A stretch of 28,775 nucleotides of DNA from a virus (IMGVR_UViG_3300033076_000727:1-28775); one strand, 5' to 3'; counted from the first letter of the stretch, positions 1 through 8,674 are shown. The notes: generated by a model not told the origin, from the letters alone. Made by a program: numbers and translations.

Positions 1-165
1 ACTTTGCCAATTGATATTAGAATACTAGGTGAAGAATACAAAGACAAACACTTCACTGGAAGAGATTTAGATATTCCATGCTACTTCAACAAACGTAGAC
101 ATGGATATAGTAGTACCGAGTTACGAAATCGTGTATATAAAGCAAATGGAGAAATAAAGGTGTAA
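1..165 (+). CDS. C-terminal fragment of a cytidylyltransferase (TagD / glycerol-3-phosphate cytidylyltransferase-like), 5' truncated by the window
   Basis: Frame 1 reads TLPIDIRILGEEYKDKHFTG...YFNKRRHGYSSTELRNRV...*; the RxHxxSSTxLR tail is typical of this HIGH-superfamily family. Confidence 0.7.
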   Translation, partial: TLPIDIRILGEEYKDKHFTGRDLDIPCYFNKRRHGYSSTELRNRVYKANGEIKV

Positions 166-167
166 TT

Positions 168-650
168 ATGTTCTCACAAGGACAAGTTGAACAAATCGTT
201 GATCTACTCATTGGTCTCGACAAAACGTCGAAGGTATATTTGGGTTGTGACTCAGTTCGTTTCATGAAAGATGGCAGATGGTATGCTCGTTATGCAACTG
301 TTGCTATTGTTCACATGAACGGTAAGAACGGATGCCGTATCTTCAACAACATCTCAATCGAACCAGATTTTGATGTGAAGAAGAATCGTCCGAAAATGCG
401 TATGATGAATGAAGTATCAAAGGTTTGCCAACTATACACTCAATTGATTCCATTCATTGACGAGTATGATGTTGAAATTCACCTTGACATTAATACTGAC
501 CCTAAGCACGGTTCAAACTGCGCTGCAAACGAAGCAGCAGGTTATGTCCTTGGCATGACTGGTATTGAACCAAAGTTGAAGCCTGAATCTTGGGCTGCAT
601 CTTTCGGTGCTGACGGTATCGCACATGGCAGGGGTATGAGGGTTGCCTAA
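168..650 (+). CDS. RNase H-like protein, YkuK/DUF458 family
   Basis: Motifs VYLGCDS, YATVAIVH, RMMNEV, EIHLDIN, KPESWAASFGAD. Confidence 0.7.
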   Translation: MFSQGQVEQIVDLLIGLDKTSKVYLGCDSVRFMKDGRWYARYATVAIVHMNGKNGCRIFNNISIEPDFDVKKNRPKMRMMNEVSKVCQLYTQLIPFIDEYDVEIHLDINTDPKHGSNCAANEAAGYVLGMTGIEPKLKPESWAASFGADGIAHGRGMRVA

Positions 651-684
651 ATCACCCGTCCCTAGTGGCGCAGGTAATGTCAAT

Positions 685-816
685 ATGAAGGGTAAGAAAA
701 CGAAACGTATGCGCTGTGGTTGTTGCAGCGCATACGACTTCCGCGAAGATGTTTTGTTGAAGGAACACAAAAAAGAAATGGAGCGCGGGCAGGACGGTAA
801 TGCAGCAGATTGCTAA
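685..816 (+). CDS. Small basic Cys-containing hypothetical protein (43 aa) overlapping the tRNA-Ser 5' half
   Basis: Manual translation MKGKKTKRMRCGCCSAYDFREDVLLKEHKKEMERGQDGNAADC*; AGGT upstream. Confidence 0.4.
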   Translation: MKGKKTKRMRCGCCSAYDFREDVLLKEHKKEMERGQDGNAADC

Positions 817-867
817 TCTGTAGGTCGTGTAAGCGGCCACTGGGTTCGACTCCCAGGCGCTCCGCCA
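780..867 (+). tRNA. tRNA-Ser(GCT)
   Basis: Acceptor GGAGCGC/GCGCTCC, discriminator G, encoded CCA, anticodon arm GCAGA-TTGCTAA-TCTGT, long variable arm, T-loop TTCGACT. Confidence 0.93.
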
Positions 868-884
868 TTATCATGAGGTTTTGA

Positions 885-1343
885 TTGTCTAATTTTATGA
901 ATGCTAAACAAGCAGGAGATAAAGGTGAGGCCTTAGTATACGGTCTACTTTACTCGAAACACAAAGAGGGACTGCAACACGTTTCTCAGTATGGGTCAGA
1001 AGGTGTCTATCGTGACAAGAAAGATAGACGACTGCCCGATTTTAAAATCCCCGAAAAATTCGTTGAAGTCAAAACTAAAAAGGGCTACAACGGCATGATC
1101 AACATTGACGTAGCACAAGTCAATGAATATCTCGGTGTGGCTAAAGATTACGGTATCGGAATGCATGTGTATTTCGTTGATACCAAAGAAGGTGCTGTGT
1201 ATCGTTTGAATGAAAAGTCATTACGCAGACCTACACGAACTATCAAAGGCACTCGTGGCGACTTTTTCGTTTACGATAAAAAAGATCAGAAGTTGATCTT
1301 GAAAAATTTGCCACTACACATTATATCTAATGATCTAACGTGA
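885..1343 (+). CDS. PD-(D/E)XK restriction-endonuclease-fold protein
   Basis: GDKGE helix, LPDF and FVEVKTK motifs; GAGG before the TTG start. Confidence 0.65.
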   Translation: MSNFMNAKQAGDKGEALVYGLLYSKHKEGLQHVSQYGSEGVYRDKKDRRLPDFKIPEKFVEVKTKKGYNGMINIDVAQVNEYLGVAKDYGIGMHVYFVDTKEGAVYRLNEKSLRRPTRTIKGTRGDFFVYDKKDQKLILKNLPLHIISNDLT

Positions 1344-1349
1344 TAAATA
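1343..1349 (+). promoter_or_regulatory. T4-like late promoter (ATAAATA) upstream of hsp20
   Basis: Close match to T4 late consensus TATAAATA in an intergenic position; the same motif recurs before other genes in the window. Confidence 0.6.
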
Positions 1350-1384
1350 AGAATGTTCACGCCATAATGGGTGAACGATAATAA

Positions 1385-1401
1385 CCTTGCTTTTTAGGAG
1401 G
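1385..1401 (+). promoter_or_regulatory. ROSE-like RNA thermometer hairpin sequestering the hsp20 Shine-Dalgarno
   Basis: CCTTGCT-TTTT-AGGAGG: the U(U/C)GCU motif pairs with AGGAGG with a bulged G, directly upstream of a small heat-shock gene. Confidence 0.6.
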
Positions 1402-1406
1402 AACCT

Positions 1407-1850
1407 ATGAATTCTTGCAATCCAAACACCAATCCCTTTGACGCATTTTTCAAGCAATTCCCTACACTTGTAGGATTTGATAGCGTCGCAAAACAGCTAG
1501 AATCTATGCAGAAAGCTGTTCCGAATTATCCCCCATACAATATCAAAAAAATTGACGAAAACAAGTATGTCATTGAATTGGCAGTTGCGGGTTTCGGCAA
1601 GCAAGACATTGAAGTTGAATTGAAAGACAAAACGCTTTCAATCAAAGGTAACGTAAATTCTGACGCAGGTAATGACGATCCGTTCTTCCTGTATCGCGGA
1701 ATTGCTAACCGTGCATTCACTCGCAACTTCACTCTTGCTGATTCTGTCGAAATTCAGAACGCAGAGCTAGTTAATGGTATGCTTAAGATTTTCCTTGAGA
1801 ATCTTGCACCTCTTTCTAAATCTCGCAAGATAGACATCACGGAGAAGTAA
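1407..1850 (+). CDS. hsp20: Small heat shock protein (Hsp20/IbpA-like)
   Basis: NYPPYNI, IELAVAGF, YRGIANRAFTRNF, AELVNGML alpha-crystallin motifs; AGGAGG RBS. Confidence 0.95.
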   Translation: MNSCNPNTNPFDAFFKQFPTLVGFDSVAKQLESMQKAVPNYPPYNIKKIDENKYVIELAVAGFGKQDIEVELKDKTLSIKGNVNSDAGNDDPFFLYRGIANRAFTRNFTLADSVEIQNAELVNGMLKIFLENLAPLSKSRKIDITEK

Positions 1851-1851
1851 T

Positions 1852-1989
1852 ATGTTAGCGTTTTTACGCAAATTAAGACTCAATCGCAAGACTGAGGCAC
1901 AACTCATGGAAGAGTATTTCGCTCAAGCGACTAGTCTTCAACACCTCGAAACACTAATGAGAAATTGGGACAGAGGTATAAGAATATGA
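1852..1989 (+). CDS. Small hypothetical protein (45 aa), DUF3563-like
   Basis: Manual translation MLAFLRKLRLNRKTEAQLMEEYFAQATSLQHLETLMRNWDRGIRI*; GGAG upstream; starts 1 nt after the hsp20 stop. Confidence 0.55.
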   Translation: MLAFLRKLRLNRKTEAQLMEEYFAQATSLQHLETLMRNWDRGIRI

Positions 1990-2047
1990 GTGACAAGAAA
2001 GATACAAAACCTGTAGAAGTACCTGGATGGGAATACTACAACGACTA

Positions 2048-2070
2048 AGGGAGCTTCGGCTCCCTTTTTT
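2048..2070 (+). terminator. Rho-independent terminator
   Basis: AGGGAGC-TTCG-GCTCCCT hairpin (UUCG tetraloop) followed by a T run. Confidence 0.9.
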
Positions 2071-2081
2071 CGTTTTTTCGG

Positions 2082-2109
2082 TTGCATATTTACAATGTGA
2101 TGCTATAAT
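2082..2109 (+). promoter_or_regulatory. Sigma70-type promoter for DNA polymerase
   Basis: TTGCAT-N16-TATAAT with extended -10 TGn. Confidence 0.65.
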
Positions 2110-2135
2110 GAGTGAACGCAATAAGGAGTGACGCT

Positions 2136-4664
2136 TTGAAATTCTATACTTCCGTAAACCTTGTCCGCAACAACATCCTCCTTCGCGGTTACGAGGATGG
2201 TAAACGTGTCCAGGAATACATCCCCTACAATCCATTTCTATTCATTACGTCGAAAACTGGCAATACGAAATTTCGCACGCTTGACGGCAAGCCAGTTGAT
2301 CGTATGAACTTCGACTCGCCTGCTGAAGCGCGCGACTTCCTGCGGACGTATAAAGACGTCTCGGGATTGTCGGTGTTCGGTCTCGACAAATTCCAATACA
2401 CTTTCATTTACGAAAACTACCCGGGAGACATCGAGTATGATCCCGAAGTTATCAATGTGTTGAATATCGACATTGAAACTCCTACAGATGAGGGGTTCCC
2501 TGACATACAGAAGGCAGAGGTGCCTGTCACCGCAATCACCATGAAATTGCGGGATGAGTATATCGTTCTAGGTATGCAGGAATACACTCCCAAGTCAGAC
2601 AAGGTTCGGTTCATTCTGTGCAAAGACGAGTATGCTTTGCTGTCGAACTTCATCAAGATTTGGAATATGCCTTCATGGAATCCTGACATTGTGACGGGAT
2701 GGAACGTCGAGTTCTTCGACATTCCGTATCTGGTAAACCGTATCACGAAACTGCTAGGTGAACGTGAAGCAAAGAAACTATCTCCTTGGGGCATTCTCGA
2801 GGAACACGAAGTTGAGTCGAAAGGACGTAAGCAACAGGCGTATCGTCCTATGGGTGTTGCAGTTCTCGACTATCAACAACTGTATAAGAAACACACTTAC
2901 GTCAAACAAGAAACATACAAACTCGACTATATTGCATACGTCGAACTCGGTGAAAAGAAACTCGACTATTCTGAGTATGATTCTCTGTATGATCTGTATA
3001 TTAAGAACTATGAGAAGTTCATCGACTACAACATTCATGACGTTGCGCTGGTTGCAAAACTAGATGACAAGTTGAAGTTGTTCGAACTTGTATATGCACT
3101 TGCATATGACGCTAAGGTGAACTATGAAGATACGTTTGCATCGGTGAAGCCATGGGACGTTATCATTCACAACTATCTCCTAGAGAACAAGTATGTGATC
3201 CCGCAGTTCATGAACAAGATTCAGGATCGTGATCTGCCGGGCGGATACGTCAAGGAACCTGTGCCTGCGATGTATAAGTGGGTTGTGTCTTTCGACTTGA
3301 ACTCGCTGTATCCTCACCTTATCATGCAGTATAACATCTCGCCTGATACTTTCCTGATGCGACTGCCTTATGATCTGTCGGTTGACGATTTGCTCAAAGG
3401 CAAATTGAATGAGATTCGTGAGGAGTTTGTTGATCGTAACTGCACTATCACTGCTAATCTGTGTCTGTATGACAAAAAGAAACAAGGTTTCTTATCGAAA
3501 CTGATGCAGAAGATGTATGACGACCGTGTTGTTTACAAGCAGAAGATGATCGAGGCAAAGAAACTGTATGAATCCTTTGCTGACAAGAAATCACCTGAAG
3601 CAATTCAGGCGAGTAAAGACATCGCTCGTTATCACAACATGCAGCAGGCAAAGAAGATTCAGTTGAACTCAGCTTATGGTGCTCTCGGAAACCAATACTT
3701 CCGTTGGTTCGATATTAACCACGCTGAAGCAATTACGTTGTCGGGTCAGTTGTCTATTCGTTGGATGGCGAACAAGATGAATGAATACATGAATAAATTG
3801 TTCAAAACAAATGGAGTAGATTATGTCATTGCCTGCGATACGGACTCGATGTATGTTAACTTTGATCGACTGGTCGAGTTGGTGTTTGCTGGAAGAGCTG
3901 AAACTCCGTCTGATCTTGAAATCACACGATACATGGATAAAGTATGTCGTGAGAAGATTGAGCCTTACATTGATAGTTGTTATCAAGAGCTTTCTGAATA
4001 TGTTAATGCATTTGCTCAGAAGATGAAGATGAAGCGCGAGGCTATTGCGAACAAGGGTATCTGGACTGCGAAGAAACGATACATTCTGAACGTATATAAC
4101 CTCGAAGGCGTTGAGTATTCGACACCTAAGTTGAAGATGCAAGGTATTGAAGCAGTTCGCTCGTCAACACCTTCTTCGGTTCGTGAATCTATCAAAACTG
4201 CACTAGAAATCATCATGAACAAGGATGAGAAGGCGCTGCAGGCATATATTGACGAATTTAAGACAGAGTTCTACACTTTGCCGTTTGACGAGGTTGCTTT
4301 CCCTCGCGGGTGTAATGGTATGCATAAATACAAAGACGCAAGTCAAATTTATCGCAAAGGCACACCGATCCAAGTCAAAGGTGCACTTCTATACAACGAC
4401 TTCCTTGCAAAGAAGGGACTCGACAAGAAGTATCCTGTGATCTTCGAAGGTGATAAAATCAAGTTTGCATACTTGAAGATGCCGAACCCGTTGCACAATC
4501 CTGTCATCTCGGTTCCCGATGAACTACCGAAGCAACTAGGTCTTCATAACTACATCGACTATGATATGCAGTTCGAGAAATCATTCCTCGAACCGCTGAA
4601 AACCATCCTTGACTCTATTGGGTGGAATCATGAGGAAAGAGTAACTATCGAGGACTTCTTTTAA
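2136..4664 (+). CDS. 43: DNA polymerase, family B (T4 gp43-like)
   Basis: Exo motifs DIET, GWNVEFFDIPY, YNIHD; polymerase motifs SFDLNSLYP, KIQLNSAYG, CDTDS, KKRY. Likely TTG start at 2136 after AGGAG (ORF track opens at 2112). Confidence 0.97.
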   Translation: MKFYTSVNLVRNNILLRGYEDGKRVQEYIPYNPFLFITSKTGNTKFRTLDGKPVDRMNFDSPAEARDFLRTYKDVSGLSVFGLDKFQYTFIYENYPGDIEYDPEVINVLNIDIETPTDEGFPDIQKAEVPVTAITMKLRDEYIVLGMQEYTPKSDKVRFILCKDEYALLSNFIKIWNMPSWNPDIVTGWNVEFFDIPYLVNRITKLLGEREAKKLSPWGILEEHEVESKGRKQQAYRPMGVAVLDYQQLYKKHTYVKQETYKLDYIAYVELGEKKLDYSEYDSLYDLYIKNYEKFIDYNIHDVALVAKLDDKLKLFELVYALAYDAKVNYEDTFASVKPWDVIIHNYLLENKYVIPQFMNKIQDRDLPGGYVKEPVPAMYKWVVSFDLNSLYPHLIMQYNISPDTFLMRLPYDLSVDDLLKGKLNEIREEFVDRNCTITANLCLYDKKKQGFLSKLMQKMYDDRVVYKQKMIEAKKLYESFADKKSPEAIQASKDIARYHNMQQAKKIQLNSAYGALGNQYFRWFDINHAEAITLSGQLSIRWMANKMNEYMNKLFKTNGVDYVIACDTDSMYVNFDRLVELVFAGRAETPSDLEITRYMDKVCREKIEPYIDSCYQELSEYVNAFAQKMKMKREAIANKGIWTAKKRYILNVYNLEGVEYSTPKLKMQGIEAVRSSTPSSVRESIKTALEIIMNKDEKALQAYIDEFKTEFYTLPFDEVAFPRGCNGMHKYKDASQIYRKGTPIQVKGALLYNDFLAKKGLDKKYPVIFEGDKIKFAYLKMPNPLHNPVISVPDELPKQLGLHNYIDYDMQFEKSFLEPLKTILDSIGWNHEERVTIEDFF

Positions 4665-4673
4665 GAGGATAAT

Positions 4674-4898
4674 ATGGCAGATCATATACCAAATTTAGAT
4701 GATGACGATTTTGGTTTTTCATTCACAAGCACGGACGAATTGCTTCCCGAAGATAAAGCGCAGGGGATCTATAACATGATCCTCCCGCTACTCAACAACC
4801 TAATGGCTAATCCTGACAAGGAATACATTCACTGGCCTGATCGGGTTAAGAAAATCGAAGCATTCAAAAAGAAACTCAAAGATTACATAGAAAAATGA
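4674..4898 (+). CDS. Hypothetical phage protein
   Basis: 74 aa ORF, GAGG RBS, DDDFGFSF and YIHWPDR motifs; ATGA overlap with the next gene. Confidence 0.7.
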   Translation: MADHIPNLDDDDFGFSFTSTDELLPEDKAQGIYNMILPLLNNLMANPDKEYIHWPDRVKKIEAFKKKLKDYIEK

Positions 4899-5758
4899 TT
4901 AATTATCTAGCACTGTTAATCGCCCTGGTACTTTCATCGGTAGCGGGGTGGTACTCAATTATTGGCTTGACGGCGATCTTTTCGGCGTCATTCTGGCCCA
5001 TTGTTATCATGGGCACCACACTCGAGGTAGGCAAAGTCGTAACGACTGCTTGGCTACATCGCAACTGGAAAATGGCACCGCGAGGCATCAGATATTATCT
5101 GACTGCTTCTGTTGTCGTTCTGATGTTTATCACGAGCATGGGTATCTTTGGATTCCTATCAAAAGCGCACATTGAGCAAACGATCAACACGGCAGATAAC
5201 ACTGTCATGATTGAACAACTTGATGCTAAAATCGCCCGTGAAACTAAGAAAATCAGTGACGCTGAAGTTGTTATCCAGCAATTGGACACTACTGTAAAAG
5301 TTCTGCAGGATGCACAACGTCTGCGTGGTGAAGATGGCGCCATTGCTGTCCGTGAAAGACAGAAAGATGAACGTGATCGTTTGCAGTCGATTATTGACAC
5401 TTCGATGAAATCTGTTGATGATCTACAAACAGAAAAGGCGAAGTTGACAGTCGAGCAAACTAAACTAGAAGCAGAAGTAGGTCCTTTGAAATACATTGCG
5501 GATCTGATTTATTCTGGTGCAGATAAAACTCAATTGGAATCAGCAGTTCGATGGGTGATAATCACTTTGGTGTTTGTTTTCGACCCGCTGGCGATCCTTC
5601 TGCTGATCGCTGCAAATATTGGTTTACAAAATCAGAGAACTGCGTTAAAAGTGATTGAACAACCTGTGTCACCTCCTGTCCCTGTGAAAAGGCCTCGAGG
5701 TCGTCCGCGCAAGAACACTGTTGAAATCAACAAAAAATCAATAATGAAACTCAAGTAA
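4895..5758 (+). CDS. Membrane protein with central coiled coil and C-terminal AT-hook-like motif
   Basis: Hydrophobic N-terminal helices, heptad-rich middle, hydrophobic IITLVFVFDPLAILLLIA, terminal KRPRGRPRK. Confidence 0.75.
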   Translation: MINYLALLIALVLSSVAGWYSIIGLTAIFSASFWPIVIMGTTLEVGKVVTTAWLHRNWKMAPRGIRYYLTASVVVLMFITSMGIFGFLSKAHIEQTINTADNTVMIEQLDAKIARETKKISDAEVVIQQLDTTVKVLQDAQRLRGEDGAIAVRERQKDERDRLQSIIDTSMKSVDDLQTEKAKLTVEQTKLEAEVGPLKYIADLIYSGADKTQLESAVRWVIITLVFVFDPLAILLLIAANIGLQNQRTALKVIEQPVSPPVPVKRPRGRPRKNTVEINKKSIMKLK

Positions 5759-5768
5759 GAGGAATAGC

Positions 5769-6839
5769 ATGAGTAATCTCAGAGATAAATTGATCAAGAA
5801 CTCTACCATCTCGTATACGTCAACGTTGGAAGATAGTAAAGTTTACACAAAAAAGGATGTGATCCCGACCCACGTTCCTATGATCAACGTTGCACTGTCG
5901 GGCACAATTGACGGCGGTATTGTCCCAGGTATTACTATGCTTGCGGGTCCGTCAAAACACTTCAAGACAGGTTTTGCGTTGCTGCTTGCATCTGCATTCC
6001 TGAAGAAGTATAAGGACGGGATCATTCTATTCTATGATAGCGAGTTCGGCACGCCGCAATCGTATTTCAAATCTTACGGAATTTCGTTTGACAGCGTAGT
6101 GCATACTCCTATCACTGACGTTGAAGAACTCAAGTTCGATATGATGAAACAACTAGCATCGCTTGATCGTAATGAGCATGTGATGATTGTAATCGACTCT
6201 ATCGGCAACGTTGCATCAAAGAAAGAAGTCGAAGATGCAATGAATGAGAAATCAGTCGCTGACATGTCTCGTGCAAAGCAGTTGAAGTCGCTGTTCCGTA
6301 TGATTACTCCTCACTTGACGTTGAAAGACATTCCTTGTGTGGCGATTAACCACACCTACAAGGAAATCGGGTTGTATCCTAAAGACATCGTATCGGGCGG
6401 CACTGGTTCGTATTACGGCGCCGACAATATTTGGATCCTCGGTCGTCAGCAAGAGAAAGAATCTAGCGGTGAGATCTCGGGTTACAACTTCGTGATCAAT
6501 ATCGAGAAATCTCGTTACGTCCGTGAGAAGTCGAAGATCATGATCAATATTTCTTACGAAGGCGGCATCAATCGCTGGTCAGGGTTGTTTGACAATGCGC
6601 TAGAAGGGGGTTATATTACGAAGACGAAACAAGGTTGGTATGCGCTCGTTGATCGCACGACTGGCGAAGTTTCCGACAAAAATATGCGTGCCGGTGACAT
6701 TGTAGACAACAAAGATCTGTGGATGAAGATGTTCAAAGAAACTGACTTCGCAGATTACATTCACAAAAAGTATGCGTTGTCTACTGGCAGTTTGATTGAC
6801 GAAGATGATTTTGAGGTAATGGAAAACAATGCGGATTGA
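5769..6839 (+). CDS. uvsX: RecA-like recombinase UvsX
   Basis: Walker A AGPSKHFKT, YDSEFG, IDSIGN, DMSRAK, INHTY, SGGTG; directly upstream of gene 41. Confidence 0.95.
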   Translation: MSNLRDKLIKNSTISYTSTLEDSKVYTKKDVIPTHVPMINVALSGTIDGGIVPGITMLAGPSKHFKTGFALLLASAFLKKYKDGIILFYDSEFGTPQSYFKSYGISFDSVVHTPITDVEELKFDMMKQLASLDRNEHVMIVIDSIGNVASKKEVEDAMNEKSVADMSRAKQLKSLFRMITPHLTLKDIPCVAINHTYKEIGLYPKDIVSGGTGSYYGADNIWILGRQQEKESSGEISGYNFVINIEKSRYVREKSKIMINISYEGGINRWSGLFDNALEGGYITKTKQGWYALVDRTTGEVSDKNMRAGDIVDNKDLWMKMFKETDFADYIHKKYALSTGSLIDEDDFEVMENNAD

Positions 6840-8244
6840 AACGACAATTCTCTCTCATTTGATTTACAATGAGGACTTTGCTCGTAAGACTATGCCGTTC
6901 CTAAAAACAGAATACTTTTCGGATTATACTGAAAAGACGATCTTTGACGAAATCGACAAATACGTTAAAAAGTATAACAAGTTTCCGTCAAAAGAAGCGT
7001 TGTCGATTGATCTGTCAATGCGTGACAATCTGAACGAGGAACAGTATAAGCAGAGTGAAGCGTATGTCAAAGCACTGGGTGTCAATGAGGACACTCAGAT
7101 TGACTGGTTGGTTGATCAGACAGAAAAGTTCTGTCAGGATAAAGCAATATACAACGCTATCATGAAAAGTATTAACATCATTGATGATAAGAGTGGGTCC
7201 CTGTCAAAGGGATCCATTCCACAAATTCTATCTGAAGCACTCGCGGTGTCGTTTGACACAAGCATCGGTCACGACTTCCTTGAGGACTATGTTCCTCGTT
7301 ATGATTTCTATCATCTCAAGGAAAAGCGTATTCCGTTTGACATTGAGTTTCTGAACAAGATCACTAAGGGCGGGTTGCCCAACAAGACACTGAACGTTGC
7401 TCTCGCAGGCACAGGTGTCGGTAAATCTTTGTTCATGTGTCATTGTGCTGCAGGTAATTTGTTGCAAAACTTCAACGTGCTTTATATCACGCTTGAAATG
7501 GCAGAAGAGCGTATCGCAGAACGTATTGACGCGAATATGCTCAATGTGCCTATTGACGAACTTGAACTCATGCCCAGGGATGTGTATGAGAAGAAGATCG
7601 CTCGGTTGCAAGCAAAGACTACGGGTAAGTTGATTATCAAGGAATACCCGACCGCATCAGCAGGATCTGCAAACTTCAGACACCTGCTGAACGAATTGAA
7701 GTTGAAGCGCAACTTCAAACCGGATATTATCTACATCGACTACCTAAACATTTGTGCATCATCGAGAATCAAGATGGGTGCAAACGTCAACTCCTATACA
7801 TACATCAAAGCAATTGCAGAAGAACTCCGTGGGCTCGCAGTTGAATTTGACGTTCCGATTGTGACGGCAACGCAGACGACTCGTTCAGGTTATTCGAACT
7901 CGGACGTTGACCTGACTGACACTTCGGAATCGTTTGGTTTGCCCGCAACTGCTGACTTCATGTTTGCTCTTATCTCTACTGAACAACTTCAAGAACTAAA
8001 CCAGATCATGGTGAAACAATTGAAGAATCGTTACAACGATCCATCAATGTTCAAAAGGTTCGTAGTAGGGGTTGACAGATCTAAAATGAAATTGTATGAT
8101 GTGGAACAGTCGGGTCAAGATGACTTACTTGATTCGGGTGTCATGGATCGAACTGAGTTCGGTCAGCGCGACGAAGAGGAAAGTGGATTCAAATCCAACT
8201 TCCGCAAAAAGTTTGACTCTGGAAAATTCAAGGACTTTAAATGA
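6829..8244 (+). CDS. 41: Replicative DnaB-like helicase (T4 gp41)
   Basis: AGTGVGKS, TLEMAEE, IKEYPT, IDYLNIC, TATQTTR, SESFGLPATAD, QLKNRY. Confidence 0.96.
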   Translation: MRIETTILSHLIYNEDFARKTMPFLKTEYFSDYTEKTIFDEIDKYVKKYNKFPSKEALSIDLSMRDNLNEEQYKQSEAYVKALGVNEDTQIDWLVDQTEKFCQDKAIYNAIMKSINIIDDKSGSLSKGSIPQILSEALAVSFDTSIGHDFLEDYVPRYDFYHLKEKRIPFDIEFLNKITKGGLPNKTLNVALAGTGVGKSLFMCHCAAGNLLQNFNVLYITLEMAEERIAERIDANMLNVPIDELELMPRDVYEKKIARLQAKTTGKLIIKEYPTASAGSANFRHLLNELKLKRNFKPDIIYIDYLNICASSRIKMGANVNSYTYIKAIAEELRGLAVEFDVPIVTATQTTRSGYSNSDVDLTDTSESFGLPATADFMFALISTEQLQELNQIMVKQLKNRYNDPSMFKRFVVGVDRSKMKLYDVEQSGQDDLLDSGVMDRTEFGQRDEEESGFKSNFRKKFDSGKFKDFK

Positions 8245-8438
8245 TGGGCTACAAGGTTGTGATCGAAGGTGACGTTTCAAACATCGTTGAACGTAAAACA
8301 GGCAGTGATGAGACCTGTATCGTTTTGACTATGCAGGACGAAGAAAGTGCGAGAAAAATGTCACGCCATCTAAATTTTGGTGGTGGTTTTGATGGTTGGA
8401 CCCCAGATTTTTTCAATCTTAACTATAAGAAAACATAA
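8241..8438 (+). CDS. Hypothetical phage protein
   Basis: 65 aa ORF coupled to gene 41; LNFGGGFDGWTPDFF motif. Confidence 0.7.
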   Translation: MMGYKVVIEGDVSNIVERKTGSDETCIVLTMQDEESARKMSRHLNFGGGFDGWTPDFFNLNYKKT

Positions 8439-8441
8439 ATA
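8435..8441 (+). promoter_or_regulatory. T4-like late promoter (CATAAATA)
   Basis: Motif match at the start of a non-coding interval that ends in a terminator. Confidence 0.6.
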
Positions 8442-8446
8442 AAGCA

Positions 8447-8615
8447 CTTGATTGGACGCTGTGTCCTGTCACCCAACCATTTGACACTTTACGTTGAAAA
8501 ACGTAAGCGGCAAGAGTGCATTTATCGCACGAAGGAATAGCTGAGGTAGCATCAAGAATGCCAGTGGGGTTCTGCTCAGCAGTGTCATTAAAGGGTCCTT
8601 CGGGACCCTTTTTTT
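8447..8615 (+). ncRNA. Candidate structured non-coding RNA of unknown family
   Basis: Non-coding interval between a late promoter and a terminator; TGACACT(8482-8488)/AGTGTCA(8581-8587) closes a junction containing three helices. Confidence 0.6.
8590..8615 (+). terminator. Rho-independent terminator
   Basis: AAAGGGTCC-TTCG-GGACCCTTT followed by a T run. Confidence 0.92.
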
Positions 8616-8620
8616 ATTGG

Positions 8621-8649
8621 TTGACATGTTTTTCTCATATTTGTATGTT
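8621..8649 (+). promoter_or_regulatory. Sigma70-type promoter
   Basis: GG-TTGACA-N17-TATGTT upstream of the glycosylase gene. Confidence 0.65.
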
Positions 8650-8674
8650 GTGAAAACAATACAGGAGAACTACC

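Noticed and set aside
626-680. GC-rich imperfect inverted repeats at the end of the RNase H-like gene
   Set aside because: Pairing is irregular, with no U-tract or tRNA features; not supportable as an element
4324-4330. ATAAATA inside the polymerase gene
   Set aside because: Intragenic and far from the next start; a 7-mer of this kind is expected by chance in AT-rich DNA
8531-8545. GAAGGAATAGC resembling the SRP RNA GGAAG...AGCAG motif
   Set aside because: The surrounding long hairpin and symmetric loop of SRP domain IV are absent; the fold is a multi-way junction
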